A stretch of DNA of 64,000 nt from Myxococcota bacterium (lineage in GTDB: Bacteria > Myxococcota_A > SURF-8): contig CAXXQS010000002.1 in NCBI GenBank assembly GCA_963674735.2, positions 1,504,001-1,568,000 on the forward strand, in the 5' to 3' direction. Under the pieces are notes generated by a model, which searched no databases, was not told the DNA's origin, and was given only the letters and a program-made list of their open reading frames with translations. How positions within the stretch are numbered: the stretch's first letter is position 1; each line of letters begins with the position of its first letter. Positions 48,943 to 58,972 of the stretch are shown here, piece by piece. Position numbers and translations under genes: made by a program.

Positions 48943-49827
48943 ATGTTGAAGATAAAGATACTACTGATTGACGATGAGAAAGATTTTCGCGAAAGTACGG
49001 TCCGGACCCTGTCGAGGCGTGGCTTCGAAGTGGACGATGTTGGAAGTGGTCAGGAAGGACTCGACTATCTGACGACCGCTACACCGGATCTGATCATTCT
49101 CGACCTGAAAATGGCGGAAATGGACGGCATCACCACATTGAAGAACATCCGCAATGAACACGGCGATCTGCCGGTTATCATCCTGACCGGCCATGGCGAC
49201 TTCGACAGCGCTCTGACGGGTATCAAACTGGAGATTGTCGACTTTCTCCAGAAACCGGTCGATATCGATCACCTCGCCTATAAAATCAGGCATCTTCTGA
49301 ATGCGAAATATGCAAAACCGCTTCTTGAACGGTCAATACCGGACCTGATGGTCGATATCGACAGTTACCGCAAGATCTATATCGACCAGACCATAACGGA
49401 GGCGCTAAGTGAGCTGAGAGACAGCCTTGATTCTCCCGTTTCCGGAAAAATCACCGAAACCGGTCATCGATCTATCCTGGTTTTGGACCGTAGTGAGCAC
49501 ATCGTCGGACTTCTGCGTATGGTCGATGTGCTAGGCATGGCTGTGCCACAATGGATGGTTGGCGATCCTTATCGTTCGTTTTACACCGGCATATTCCTGG
49601 CGCAGTGCAAAGTCCTGGGCGATCGAGTCGTGGGAGATTATATCCACAAGGAGGATCTGATCGCCATCGATGAACAAACATCCTTGATAGAAGCGACCGT
49701 TTTGATGGCCGAAAACAGTCTCATCAATCTGCCAGTCATACGTAACGGACAGATTGTCGGTATTCTTAGGGATAAGGATATATTCCTCGAAATTCTACAT
49801 ATTGCCGTCGATGATTGGACGCCATGA
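48943..49827 (+). CDS. Receiver + CBS-pair protein
   Basis: LLIDDE..LDLKM..LTGHG..KP followed by two CBS-like units (GLLRMVDV, GILRDKDI). Confidence 0.85.
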   Translation: MLKIKILLIDDEKDFRESTVRTLSRRGFEVDDVGSGQEGLDYLTTATPDLIILDLKMAEMDGITTLKNIRNEHGDLPVIILTGHGDFDSALTGIKLEIVDFLQKPVDIDHLAYKIRHLLNAKYAKPLLERSIPDLMVDIDSYRKIYIDQTITEALSELRDSLDSPVSGKITETGHRSILVLDRSEHIVGLLRMVDVLGMAVPQWMVGDPYRSFYTGIFLAQCKVLGDRVVGDYIHKEDLIAIDEQTSLIEATVLMAENSLINLPVIRNGQIVGILRDKDIFLEILHIAVDDWTP

Positions 49828-50207
49828 GAAAGAATATCCTGCTCATGACGGTCGATGAGGAGTGGGAACGTTTCATGACCGATGAACTCGCGAAACGCGG
49901 ATTCCGCTCCATCATGACGTATGGTAAATGTGTAGAGAATATAAACCCCGATTCTGTACTGCTGGACGTTTCGGATTACGACGAAAACATGGACTCGCAG
50001 GTTCGTTTCATCCTCGAAAAATATCCGCTATGCGAGTGGCTTTTGTTTTTTTCCGGACATGCGCGCTGGGGGGATGTCAGCGTTATTTCGCGGAGAGCTT
50101 ACGAGATCGTTTCGAAATCGGCAAACATGGATCGGGTGGCAATATATATCCTCGCGGCATGCATGAAGAAGATACGTGCTGAGGAAAGACTGAAATCCCT
50201 TGAATAA
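49824..50207 (+). CDS. Degenerate receiver-like protein
   Basis: ILLMTVDEE, VLLDV, FSGH; overlaps the upstream stop. Confidence 0.55.
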   Translation: MRKNILLMTVDEEWERFMTDELAKRGFRSIMTYGKCVENINPDSVLLDVSDYDENMDSQVRFILEKYPLCEWLLFFSGHARWGDVSVISRRAYEIVSKSANMDRVAIYILAACMKKIRAEERLKSLE

Positions 50208-50281
50208 AAGAATCTGAAAACCTGAAAAAGCGCTGATGAAATAAGCCTGCATATCGCTCTCGATTGGGGAAGGAGACACGG

Positions 50282-51613
50282 ATGTTTTGGAAACAAGCGG
50301 TTGTCGTAATGGCGATTCTTTTTCATGCTTCGTTTCTTTATGCAAATCCAAACGAGGCGGGAGACATCCCGTCTGGGAAATCCAATACCCGGCTCGACAG
50401 TGCCTCGGTAAAAGCGGAAAGTGGAGGAATTGCCTGGCCTGATAAAATCGGACCTTTCGAATGGGTTAGCAAAGACCGGCAACACTCCTTACGTGTCGGT
50501 TTGGCGGTACAGTTGCTGTTCCGTGTCGACAACAAGGACATGGGAGCGAATACGGACAGGGACAACATCGTATATGCAGAGGCACGGCGAATTCGCCCAA
50601 ACCTTAGAGGCTCATTAATGGATGGGATGTTCGAGTTCTATCTGCACTTGAATACAAGCCCAAACACGCTAGACCTGCTGGATTACTACATCAATTACAA
50701 GCCGCATCCATATGCCCAGATTCGGATTGGTCAATGGAAAATACCGTTCACCCGCTATCGCATTCAGAGCTACAAACGCCTGACGCTTGTGGATTGGGCG
50801 AATACAAGCAAATGTTTCGGGGCCGAGCGCCAAATTGGCCTAGCAGTTCACAGCGGTTTGGAGAACCCACAGAAGATCGATTACGCATTCGGCGTGTTCA
50901 GCGGTACAAATGCCCGTTCCAGTCAGGCATTGGGCATCGCCACGCTTTACGGTGAAGAAATAATCAGTTCGTCGAATCTGGCAAAGCCCGGTCCGAAAAT
51001 GGAATTTCACCCGGAGCTGGCCGCACGCATCGGATACAATCACAATGGTATTGATTTGCGCAGAGATACGGATTTTGAGGGTGGACCATTCCGTTTTCAT
51101 CTGGGAGTCTCGGCTACGTATGACCTTAATGCCGACAAGGAAATCGATTTTACGGCCCGTTTTGCTCCCGAATTTCTTATGAAGGTGCACGGGGTCTCGC
51201 TATCGCTCGTTTACTATGTCGGTTGGGGCGACCGTGTGATGGCAAATGAAATTCCCGAAATCGCCATGATGGGAGGACTGGTTCAGGCAAGCTACGTATT
51301 CATCAAACGGGTGGAATTGGCCGCTCGATATTCAGTGGTCCACGGTATGACCGATTTTCGCAAGGATGCCAGATTGCGGGCCGATGCCATTGTCACCGCT
51401 GCGACAGATCAGACAGAAACGGACGAGTTAACCGACCAATATAAAAAGATGGGAACGGTCATTAAGGAGCATGAGGCCACATTTGGAATCAATATATACT
51501 TAATCGGCGAGTGTCTGAAATGGCAAAATGACATCTCCTATCTGCACTACGAACTTGTAGGGAGGGACAAGAGGGATGTCCGTTTTCGTTCGCAACTGCA
51601 ATTGGCTTTTTAG
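50282..51613 (+). CDS. Outer-membrane porin (OprO/OprP-like)
   Basis: Signal peptide; ARRIR, LLDYY, GQWKIPF; C-terminal QLQLAF. Confidence 0.8.
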   Translation: MFWKQAVVVMAILFHASFLYANPNEAGDIPSGKSNTRLDSASVKAESGGIAWPDKIGPFEWVSKDRQHSLRVGLAVQLLFRVDNKDMGANTDRDNIVYAEARRIRPNLRGSLMDGMFEFYLHLNTSPNTLDLLDYYINYKPHPYAQIRIGQWKIPFTRYRIQSYKRLTLVDWANTSKCFGAERQIGLAVHSGLENPQKIDYAFGVFSGTNARSSQALGIATLYGEEIISSSNLAKPGPKMEFHPELAARIGYNHNGIDLRRDTDFEGGPFRFHLGVSATYDLNADKEIDFTARFAPEFLMKVHGVSLSLVYYVGWGDRVMANEIPEIAMMGGLVQASYVFIKRVELAARYSVVHGMTDFRKDARLRADAIVTAATDQTETDELTDQYKKMGTVIKEHEATFGINIYLIGECLKWQNDISYLHYELVGRDKRDVRFRSQLQLAF

Positions 51614-51805
51614 CTTGGATTGAACAGGAAATCAATAATTGGGACTATGAGGGAATACGAGATACAATGGGTGATTCATCATCCGTCTCCTGCTCATTGT
51701 CATCCAGAGGTGACTCGAACTCTTGAGGGTCTAAGTCAAATTCGTTTTCTGTCTGGTCCAAGTCGCCGTCGCCGGACAGGTCCGGAGCGGTCGGCGCACC
51801 ATCGT

Positions 51806-52576
51806 TTACCGATACCGTTCTACCGGATCCTGCTTATAAAAGTTTTTAAGCTGTTCGTAGAGCTCCGGGTGACAGCGGGAAAGCTTTTCAGGCTGCTCGA
51901 AAAACACTTCCGTTACCACGGCGAAGAATTCCGGAGGGTTCTTGGTGGCGTAAGGACGAATGAACGCCGGGCAGCGACCCTCGATGCGCAAGGTGAGCTT
52001 CTTGTATTCCTCGCCCAAAACCCTGGCCCAGGCAATGTAATGCGAGCGCTTATCAAGTTTAGGCGCACCGTCGTCCACGCCGTCCTCGCCGTCCAACTGG
52101 TGGGCAAACTCATGGAACACGAGATTTTGTCCGTCCCGCACATCTGCCGCGCCCTTTTTGACGTCGTCCCAGGACAGCACCACCTGGCCCCTGCGCCAGC
52201 TCTCACCGAGCCGCAACTCCTGCCTCTCCTCAAGCAGGCCGGCGGGTCCGCTCCTTTTCACAGTTGCTATGTAGGCTTGGGGGTAGACGATGATCGTGTC
52301 CAGTCCCGGGTAGTAGTCCGTTTTTCGGTTTAGCAGCAGGATGCATGCCTGGGCAGCGATGGTCACGCGGATCTCGTCCGTGATCTCCACCCCATGCACA
52401 CCCTCAAAGCGCTTTTCCGAAAGAAAGACCTGGATGTGACCTTTGAGCTCGGTCTGTTCCTCGGGCCGTAGCATCTTGTAATAAGGCATGTTCCGTTCGA
52501 TATGGGCGCACCATTCCTGTGGGAAGGTGATTTGGCGTATCTTTTTGCGCGCCCTGTTTTTGAACCAGCTAAACAT
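51806..52576 (-). CDS. mtfA: MtfA-family (M90) zinc metallopeptidase
   Basis: IAAQAC, GESW, NLVFHEFAHQLD, YATKNPPEFFAV.TE.FFE. Confidence 0.9.
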   Translation of the reverse strand: MFSWFKNRARKKIRQITFPQEWCAHIERNMPYYKMLRPEEQTELKGHIQVFLSEKRFEGVHGVEITDEIRVTIAAQACILLLNRKTDYYPGLDTIIVYPQAYIATVKRSGPAGLLEERQELRLGESWRRGQVVLSWDDVKKGAADVRDGQNLVFHEFAHQLDGEDGVDDGAPKLDKRSHYIAWARVLGEEYKKLTLRIEGRCPAFIRPYATKNPPEFFAVVTEVFFEQPEKLSRCHPELYEQLKNFYKQDPVERYR

Positions 52577-52917
52577 GGGCAGGGATTATAGCATAAAATG
52601 AAAGTGATTCCAAAGTCTTGAAGCAAGACACGGTGTACGGTAATCAAGGCTTTCGCTACGTGTGTGCCCCGAGTGAGAAGAGATAGGTTGTTTTCGCCCG
52701 CTAAAAGAAGAAGCGCGATGCTTCTTCTCCACCGGATTGCCCGGTTTGGGGATGTTGGGTGGGTCGATGGGCGTTTCACCTTTACGCTATTACGCTATTT
52801 TCCTAGGGGAACTGCGTCAACGAAAAAGATTGCTGGAGTTGATGGCATATCTTTTCTTTTTAGAGTGTGTTCCATGTGCTATCATTCGTGAATGTTTTTC
52901 GAGGCTGGAGAAGGTGC

Positions 52918-55020
52918 ATGCTGCGAGTCGGTTGGTCCTTAGCGTTCTTGGTTCTGTTGCTGATGCTGGCCTGTTCGAGCGATTCGGGGGTCTATTCGGA
53001 TGGAGATCATCCCGTTGACGGGGATGGCGATAGCGATGGCGACGGGGAGGAGGGAGACGTCGACCCCGATTCGGATCGCGAAGCGGAAGCTCGGCCGTCG
53101 ATCGATACGGGTCTCACCCCGGAAGATCTTGTTCTCCAAGCCCTTCCCGATCCACCTTCCCCTCCCTTACCGCAAGGAGTCACCATACGGGTGATGAGTT
53201 ACAACATTTTCGACACCCGATATGCTTCGGCCGAGGCAATCGGTGCGATGATCCGGACGTACGAACCCGACCTCGTCGGTCTGCAGGAATGCGACGACAG
53301 CTATCTGCCGCAGATCGCCGAGGCAGCGGGAATGGAATACTATGACGGTTACGAGGTTGCGCAGCTTTCGAAAACACCTCTGGAAGGATTCACACAAGGC
53401 GCGCCGGACAACGGCGGCCACTTTACCCGATCCGAAACGGTCATCGATGGGGTGCGCTTCGTCTTCTACAATGCACATTTGGATTGGAATGTCTCGGGAA
53501 ACCTGGAGTTTCGCCAGTTCACCGACGAGGTCATTGAACCCGAAACGGTCAAGCACCTCGTGCTGACCGGCGACTTCAACGATGAGCACTACAGCACGCA
53601 AAATACGATGTTGGAAGAGGTCGCAACGGATGTTTTCACCACCCTGGGCTACTATCCCGGGGAACGGATCTCATGGCCGTCCATTGGTTTCGACGACACC
53701 GAGGGCTCCCAATTGATCGATCTGATCTGGTGGCGCAACGACTACCCCGCCATCGCGCTGAGCGCGGATGTGCTGAACCTCGCTCCCGTGCTTTCGGATC
53801 ATAAACCGGTGATCGCGGATCTGCTTTATCCTATCGAAGGCGGCGAGGCGTTTGCTGAAGATCCCTTCGCTCCGTATCGGGCAATTGACAGGGATTTTCC
53901 GTCCGAGGATGAACGCCCGCCGAATCTGCTGCGTAATCCCGGTGCGGAAGAAGGTCTTGAAGGCTGGACGATTCTCAACGATGCTCGTGCCGAAAACGAG
54001 CGTGAACATCAGCTGCCGCGTTCAGGGCAGATGCTGTTTACAGGCTGGCTGGAGCAGCCCGCCGACGCATCGAAGTTATCGTCGGGTACGCAAACGGTCG
54101 ATCTCTCCGAGCAGGCCGAAATCATCGATCGAGGACAGGGACGCCTGCTGTTATCCGGGTGGTTGGCAACCGGCTACCAAACGGATGAGAAAGACGGGAT
54201 CGTTTCCAACAAACCGCTGCCCACGGATGAGGGCGAAATGGTTCTGGAAATGCTGGATGAAACCGGCAAAGTCCTGACTCGCTGGAGTTCCAAACGGCGC
54301 GACACCTTGGCCTGGCATCCCGTGTATGCCATCCTAGACATTCCCCCGGAAGTGCGGGCCTCCCGGGTCGCGTGGATCTCTCACCACAAGTCGCAAAACG
54401 GTCGAGGAAACGACGTCGTATTCGACGATCTTTACCTGGGCTTTGAAGCGTTGGAAACAGCGCACCGAACGCTGGGCGGCAACCTGCTGCAAAACACGGG
54501 CGCTGAAACGGATATGGAAAACTGGGACGCCTATGGCTGGCGACGTCTGGAAGACGGTGAGGTGGCCGGATTGACCGTGTTTCATCCATGCTCTTTTTCG
54601 GGCGAAGGGCTGTTTTTCGGCGGCGGCATGCTTGATTTGAACGCCGGGGAGCCGGGAGTCTCGACCTTGTCACAACGCCTCGACCTGCAACCGTATTTCG
54701 ACTTGATCGACCGGGGAGACTTCGCCTTGCGTTGGGGCGGGTGGTTGCGCACGTGGGCGGCCAGAACCACGGTTAATATGGCTCTGGAGATCATCGATGC
54801 CGAGGGAAGCGTGTGGGCTGAAGTGCCGGGAGCCGAAACGCACAACCCCGAGTGGACCTCGATGGAATTCTTGACCCGGATTCCTCCCGGGGCTTCCGCC
54901 GTGCGTTTGATGATACGATCCGATGTGGAACAGGTGGGCACGGGCGTCTTTGCAGATAGTCTGTTTGTGCGACCTGAACGCATTGAAAGCCCGTCCACCG
55001 AAAGCGCGACAGATTTTTAA
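52918..55020 (+). CDS. Endonuclease/exonuclease/phosphatase-family lipoprotein with two C-terminal jelly-roll (FBA/CBM-like) domains
   Basis: Lipobox MLAC; DGD linker; MSYNI, GLQE, GDFN, IDLI, SDHKP; duplicated NLL.N.GAE. Confidence 0.8.
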   Translation: MLRVGWSLAFLVLLLMLACSSDSGVYSDGDHPVDGDGDSDGDGEEGDVDPDSDREAEARPSIDTGLTPEDLVLQALPDPPSPPLPQGVTIRVMSYNIFDTRYASAEAIGAMIRTYEPDLVGLQECDDSYLPQIAEAAGMEYYDGYEVAQLSKTPLEGFTQGAPDNGGHFTRSETVIDGVRFVFYNAHLDWNVSGNLEFRQFTDEVIEPETVKHLVLTGDFNDEHYSTQNTMLEEVATDVFTTLGYYPGERISWPSIGFDDTEGSQLIDLIWWRNDYPAIALSADVLNLAPVLSDHKPVIADLLYPIEGGEAFAEDPFAPYRAIDRDFPSEDERPPNLLRNPGAEEGLEGWTILNDARAENEREHQLPRSGQMLFTGWLEQPADASKLSSGTQTVDLSEQAEIIDRGQGRLLLSGWLATGYQTDEKDGIVSNKPLPTDEGEMVLEMLDETGKVLTRWSSKRRDTLAWHPVYAILDIPPEVRASRVAWISHHKSQNGRGNDVVFDDLYLGFEALETAHRTLGGNLLQNTGAETDMENWDAYGWRRLEDGEVAGLTVFHPCSFSGEGLFFGGGMLDLNAGEPGVSTLSQRLDLQPYFDLIDRGDFALRWGGWLRTWAARTTVNMALEIIDAEGSVWAEVPGAETHNPEWTSMEFLTRIPPGASAVRLMIRSDVEQVGTGVFADSLFVRPERIESPSTESATDF

Positions 55021-55521
55021 GAAACACTGCGTTTACAACGATTGACAGATGTACCAAGCGTAGAATACGTCAAACGCGGTCGATTCGTATAATGATTCCG
55101 TTCCCTTATGGGGCCGCAGTCGCTAGAGGTGAACCCCTGGCAGAGTGTTCCCTTTCCCGCTTGTGGTCGGGTGGGTTCGCTTGTCATCCGGACCACCCTC
55201 AAACCCATTCCAAACACAATCGACGCCCTGAACCGAGTCCCCTCATAGACTTTTGCAAACCCGGGGATGGGTCAGAGAACGGAGGGTGATACTGGCTTCA
55301 TTTAGCGATGTCAGCAGCCCGCATTGGGAACTAGCTCCTTGAAGAACAGCAACCGTTTTCTCTACAAGATCTGAAACAGAATTAAAAAGCCCTGCCGGAA
55401 AACAAGACGTCATTGCATTTTGCGCCCGATTTGTCTATGATATCGGCGAATTTACACGTTGGCGATCGTTGCAGCATCCGGCCTTACAACAGGTGGCCGT
55501 TTAAGTGTGCCGAGGGTGAAT

Positions 55522-56478
55522 ATGTCCAAAAAAATCCAGGTTGTGATTGTGGTGGCGGTTATCGTAACCTCTATCCTGATTGCCGATATCCTTCTGCGAA
55601 GCCAAGGTGATGTCGAGAACGGGGTGTCTCAAGAGACCGTGAAAGACGAGGCGCCTGCTCCGCCCGGATCGATGAAAGCCCCGGAACGCAAACAACCGGC
55701 CAATGAGGGTTCCGATTCGAAAAATACGGGCTATGAAACCGTCGCCTTGCGGATGCCCGAAAAAACATGCAAGGAATTGGGAGATGAGCTGTTCGATCGG
55801 CCTGCCGTCAAGCTGGACCCCGAAAAGCTGAAGTTGATCGAAGCGGAAGATGATGAAATCATTTCAACATTCTGGGGTGTCTTGGAACCGTACCTGTATT
55901 GCGAATCCGTTGAAGAATCGAATTTCGATATTTGCCGCCATCATCAGTATATTCTCGGTATCCAACACGGGATTGCCGTATCGGAAGACATGAACGACCT
56001 GCGCTCCCCGCCGAACCTGGATGCGCCGCCCCTGCACTGCGCAATCAGTATCGGCCTGAAAACACTGATTATGCACGGCATTCAAAATCCGCTGCCCAGA
56101 GAACGCTTTCAGGTTTTGCTGGCCGATTTCCCTTCTCTGGTTCAGAAGTACATGCTGATTCTGTACGACGCCTTTCACGCCACCGATTCGACGCTTTGCA
56201 AGAAAATCGGGAAACCTTATGAATTGCGATATATCTGCGAAGTCACGAGCAACCCGGACATGCCCGTGCCGGGCGAGCCCATGGGCGTTCAATTTTACAG
56301 CATCACCCGAGCCATCAGCAACCAGATGAGCCCGGAAGAATTCAAAAAAGTCGCCACGCCTTTCGTGGCACGGCTCTATGATCTTTACATGGGAAAAACC
56401 AACATCTGCAAATCGTATCATCGGCCGAAATGGGATTATCTGTGCGAACAGAAATTCGACCTGCTCAACTCGTATTAA
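55522..56478 (+). CDS. Membrane-anchored Cys-containing hypothetical protein
   Basis: N-terminal TM; several spaced Cys. Confidence 0.6.
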   Translation: MSKKIQVVIVVAVIVTSILIADILLRSQGDVENGVSQETVKDEAPAPPGSMKAPERKQPANEGSDSKNTGYETVALRMPEKTCKELGDELFDRPAVKLDPEKLKLIEAEDDEIISTFWGVLEPYLYCESVEESNFDICRHHQYILGIQHGIAVSEDMNDLRSPPNLDAPPLHCAISIGLKTLIMHGIQNPLPRERFQVLLADFPSLVQKYMLILYDAFHATDSTLCKKIGKPYELRYICEVTSNPDMPVPGEPMGVQFYSITRAISNQMSPEEFKKVATPFVARLYDLYMGKTNICKSYHRPKWDYLCEQKFDLLNSY

Positions 56479-56495
56479 GCTTCATCTTCGAGAGA

Positions 56496-58712
56496 ATGCG
56501 GCGACGTCAACCGGGATCTCGTTTGTGCTGCCTGCTGCCGCTGTTTCTGTTTCTGCTTGTTTCTTTCGTCGATCTGCACGCCGAGCCGATCCTGCCGCAG
56601 ATTCCCGAGGCGCGTCTTCGCGATCTGCTGATGCCGTCCGACCCGCTGGCCGCGGGTTTCGATGTCGACTCGGTTTCGGTCGGTCAGCATGAGATTTCCA
56701 TTACGGTCCAGCCTTTCGGCGGGGCGGCCGCGACCGACGGGACGACCTTTCAACTGCAGGTTCACCCCTCCGAAAAACCATCTGAAGCCTGCCGCCGACT
56801 GGGTCAGAGTGCGGTGATTCTTTGCGCAAGGGATGGGAACGCCGCTCGGATGCGCGGGTGCGAGGCCTGGTTGAAGTGGGTGGAAAGCACGAATCGGACG
56901 GACGCCATCGAAGCCCTGTGGCGAGAAAGTCCGGATGCGCCTCCGCTGCCGTCTCCCGACGATATCGCTCTCCCCGTGAAAGCCTCTCCCTTGCCTCCGG
57001 CTGCGCTTGTGGCGGATGAACCGCCGATCCATCGCTATCGGCCACTTGGTGCCAGCCACCGCCGACATGTCCCGCTCGCCGCGATTTTGACTCTTTTTGT
57101 CACGTTGATGCTGGTACGCCCCGTTCGACCCGACCGCCGTCTGATGTGGTCGTTCGGTCTGCTGTGTCTGGCCAGTGTGGCGACACGCTTTCTGCTGCCT
57201 TACGCCCTGATTCATCCCCAGGGAGACGATTTGCTGATCTATGCCGCGGCGCGCGGGAGCGGTATGCTGGAATCGACGCAGCATTCGGATGCGGTGGTGG
57301 CCCTGTACCGATTGGCGATTTTTTTATGGGGAGACAACCTGGAGACGATTTTCCTCCCGTGCCGAATGGCCGGATCGTTGCTACCGCCTCTGGCCTTTCT
57401 GATTGCATGGGAGTATTACGGTCGTCTGCAAACGGCCGCTCTCGCGGGAGTGCTGTTGCTGATCTGCCCCGTTTCCTGGATACAATCCGCGTCCATTTCC
57501 GCCGAGATGATCGCCGCGGCCGCGTATTTTCTGGCTTTGTATCTTGCGTTGGTCGGTTTGCGATCGGGGAGTGGCCTGCGATTTGCGCTCATTGTTTTCA
57601 CCTGCGGCGCACTCAGCCTGGCCTGCATACTCAAACCCGGTTTTGCCGTTCTGGCGGTCCTTTTTCCCCTTACCGTTTTTTTCAAGGATGGATCGCCCGA
57701 TAACCGGTCCTCGCGCCTTGCCCGCTGGCTCAGTGCATTCGTCCCGGCCCTGGCGGCAGCCGCCACGCTCGCTTTCCTAAACGAATTTCATATCTCCTGG
57801 CAGGACATCGTCCGGGGGAAACTCCACGAACAACAATTTCCCTATCCCTTGCACCTGTTGGTTTATCTGTTCTTCACCTTGATTCAGAATCCGCCGTTTC
57901 TGCCGTATAAGCTGGCCTTTCTGGCCTCGCTTCGGCGTCCGGAACTGAAAGCGTTGCGCCCGCTGCACCTGCACGTGCTGGTCATCTTGGCTGTGTTTTC
58001 GGTTGCCATCAACCTGCGCGGAACCAACCAATGGCGGTATGCGCTGTTTACTCTTCTGCCGACCTACGTTCTGGCGGCCCCTGTTGTTCTGCGATGGGTG
58101 TCGTTTCCGAAACGCCACCGCGTGATGTGCTTGATTTTGGCCGTCTATACCGTCATCGGCTACGGCATGGCCATCGATTTTTTCAACGGTCCGCGCGCGA
58201 AGACGCTGGCGCTCCTTCATGCGCTTCCGCAGAGTGCGCAGACCTTGGTGTTGAAAATGGGGAAGACGACGGAGATGGACGCCCTGGTGTTTTTCATGGT
58301 GACCGGCCGCAGCGACGTTCTTCTGGTCGAGGATTTGTATCCTCCCGCCTGCCCGATCGGTGCAGACCTCGCGATATTGGAGCACCAAAACATCTCGCGG
58401 CCTCCTCCGGCTCGCCGTTTGGATACCGCCCGGTGTGCGCAACAGGCCGCCCGGATGAAGTCGACGCTGTCGAGTTACGACCGCATCTATTTTCTGTTGG
58501 ATCCGATGTTGACGGACGCGGCCGGCAATTCGATGATGCTGTACGTCGATCAGCGTCCATGTCTGCCGCTGCTGTCCACGTTGCTTCATTTCGATGGCTC
58601 CGTGGACACCCGGCAACCGAGGCTGGTGCCCGTTCGATCCATCGCGTCCCCCGTCTCCTCCGATGCGACCTCGGCGCATACGGCGGCTCCGTTGTGGGAA
58701 GCGCCTCGCTGA
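56496..58712 (+). CDS. Multi-pass membrane protein, GT-C-fold glycosyltransferase-like
   Basis: About 10-12 TMs; DD after a TM; RY motif in a late loop; soluble N- and C-terminal domains. Confidence 0.5.
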   Translation: MRRRQPGSRLCCLLPLFLFLLVSFVDLHAEPILPQIPEARLRDLLMPSDPLAAGFDVDSVSVGQHEISITVQPFGGAAATDGTTFQLQVHPSEKPSEACRRLGQSAVILCARDGNAARMRGCEAWLKWVESTNRTDAIEALWRESPDAPPLPSPDDIALPVKASPLPPAALVADEPPIHRYRPLGASHRRHVPLAAILTLFVTLMLVRPVRPDRRLMWSFGLLCLASVATRFLLPYALIHPQGDDLLIYAAARGSGMLESTQHSDAVVALYRLAIFLWGDNLETIFLPCRMAGSLLPPLAFLIAWEYYGRLQTAALAGVLLLICPVSWIQSASISAEMIAAAAYFLALYLALVGLRSGSGLRFALIVFTCGALSLACILKPGFAVLAVLFPLTVFFKDGSPDNRSSRLARWLSAFVPALAAAATLAFLNEFHISWQDIVRGKLHEQQFPYPLHLLVYLFFTLIQNPPFLPYKLAFLASLRRPELKALRPLHLHVLVILAVFSVAINLRGTNQWRYALFTLLPTYVLAAPVVLRWVSFPKRHRVMCLILAVYTVIGYGMAIDFFNGPRAKTLALLHALPQSAQTLVLKMGKTTEMDALVFFMVTGRSDVLLVEDLYPPACPIGADLAILEHQNISRPPPARRLDTARCAQQAARMKSTLSSYDRIYFLLDPMLTDAAGNSMMLYVDQRPCLPLLSTLLHFDGSVDTRQPRLVPVRSIASPVSSDATSAHTAAPLWEAPR

Positions 58713-58972
58713 TGCTCCCGTCAAACGGTGTGCAAGCGCCGAGAATCCATCGGCTGGATTCTCCCGCTAGAGAAAGCGGGGCTTTCCTTCGGTCTGTCGC
58801 GCGTGGCCGTTCGGATGCTGCTGGAACCGCATTTCGTCGTGTCTTTCACGAAAGGAATGAGAAGGTTGAACAATCGACGAGAGACCGGCAATCGCAATTG
58901 ACAAAGCCGTGCGTATCCGTTTTAATAACCGCCTGTTATCGATCATGTATGGAAGAATAAAGGTTTCGCGGT

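Larger units (their letters stand above)
32436..52800. mobile_element. Second lower-GC accessory tract (degenerate island; right boundary approximate)
   Basis: Visibly more AT-rich than the flanks; IS and acr3 remnants; starts directly at attR; no integrase or right att seen. Confidence 0.45.

Noticed and set aside
55060-55400. ncRNA or IS end in the intergenic gap
   Set aside because: GACTTTTGCAAAC resembles an IS terminus, but no partner repeat, transposase or convincing fold was found
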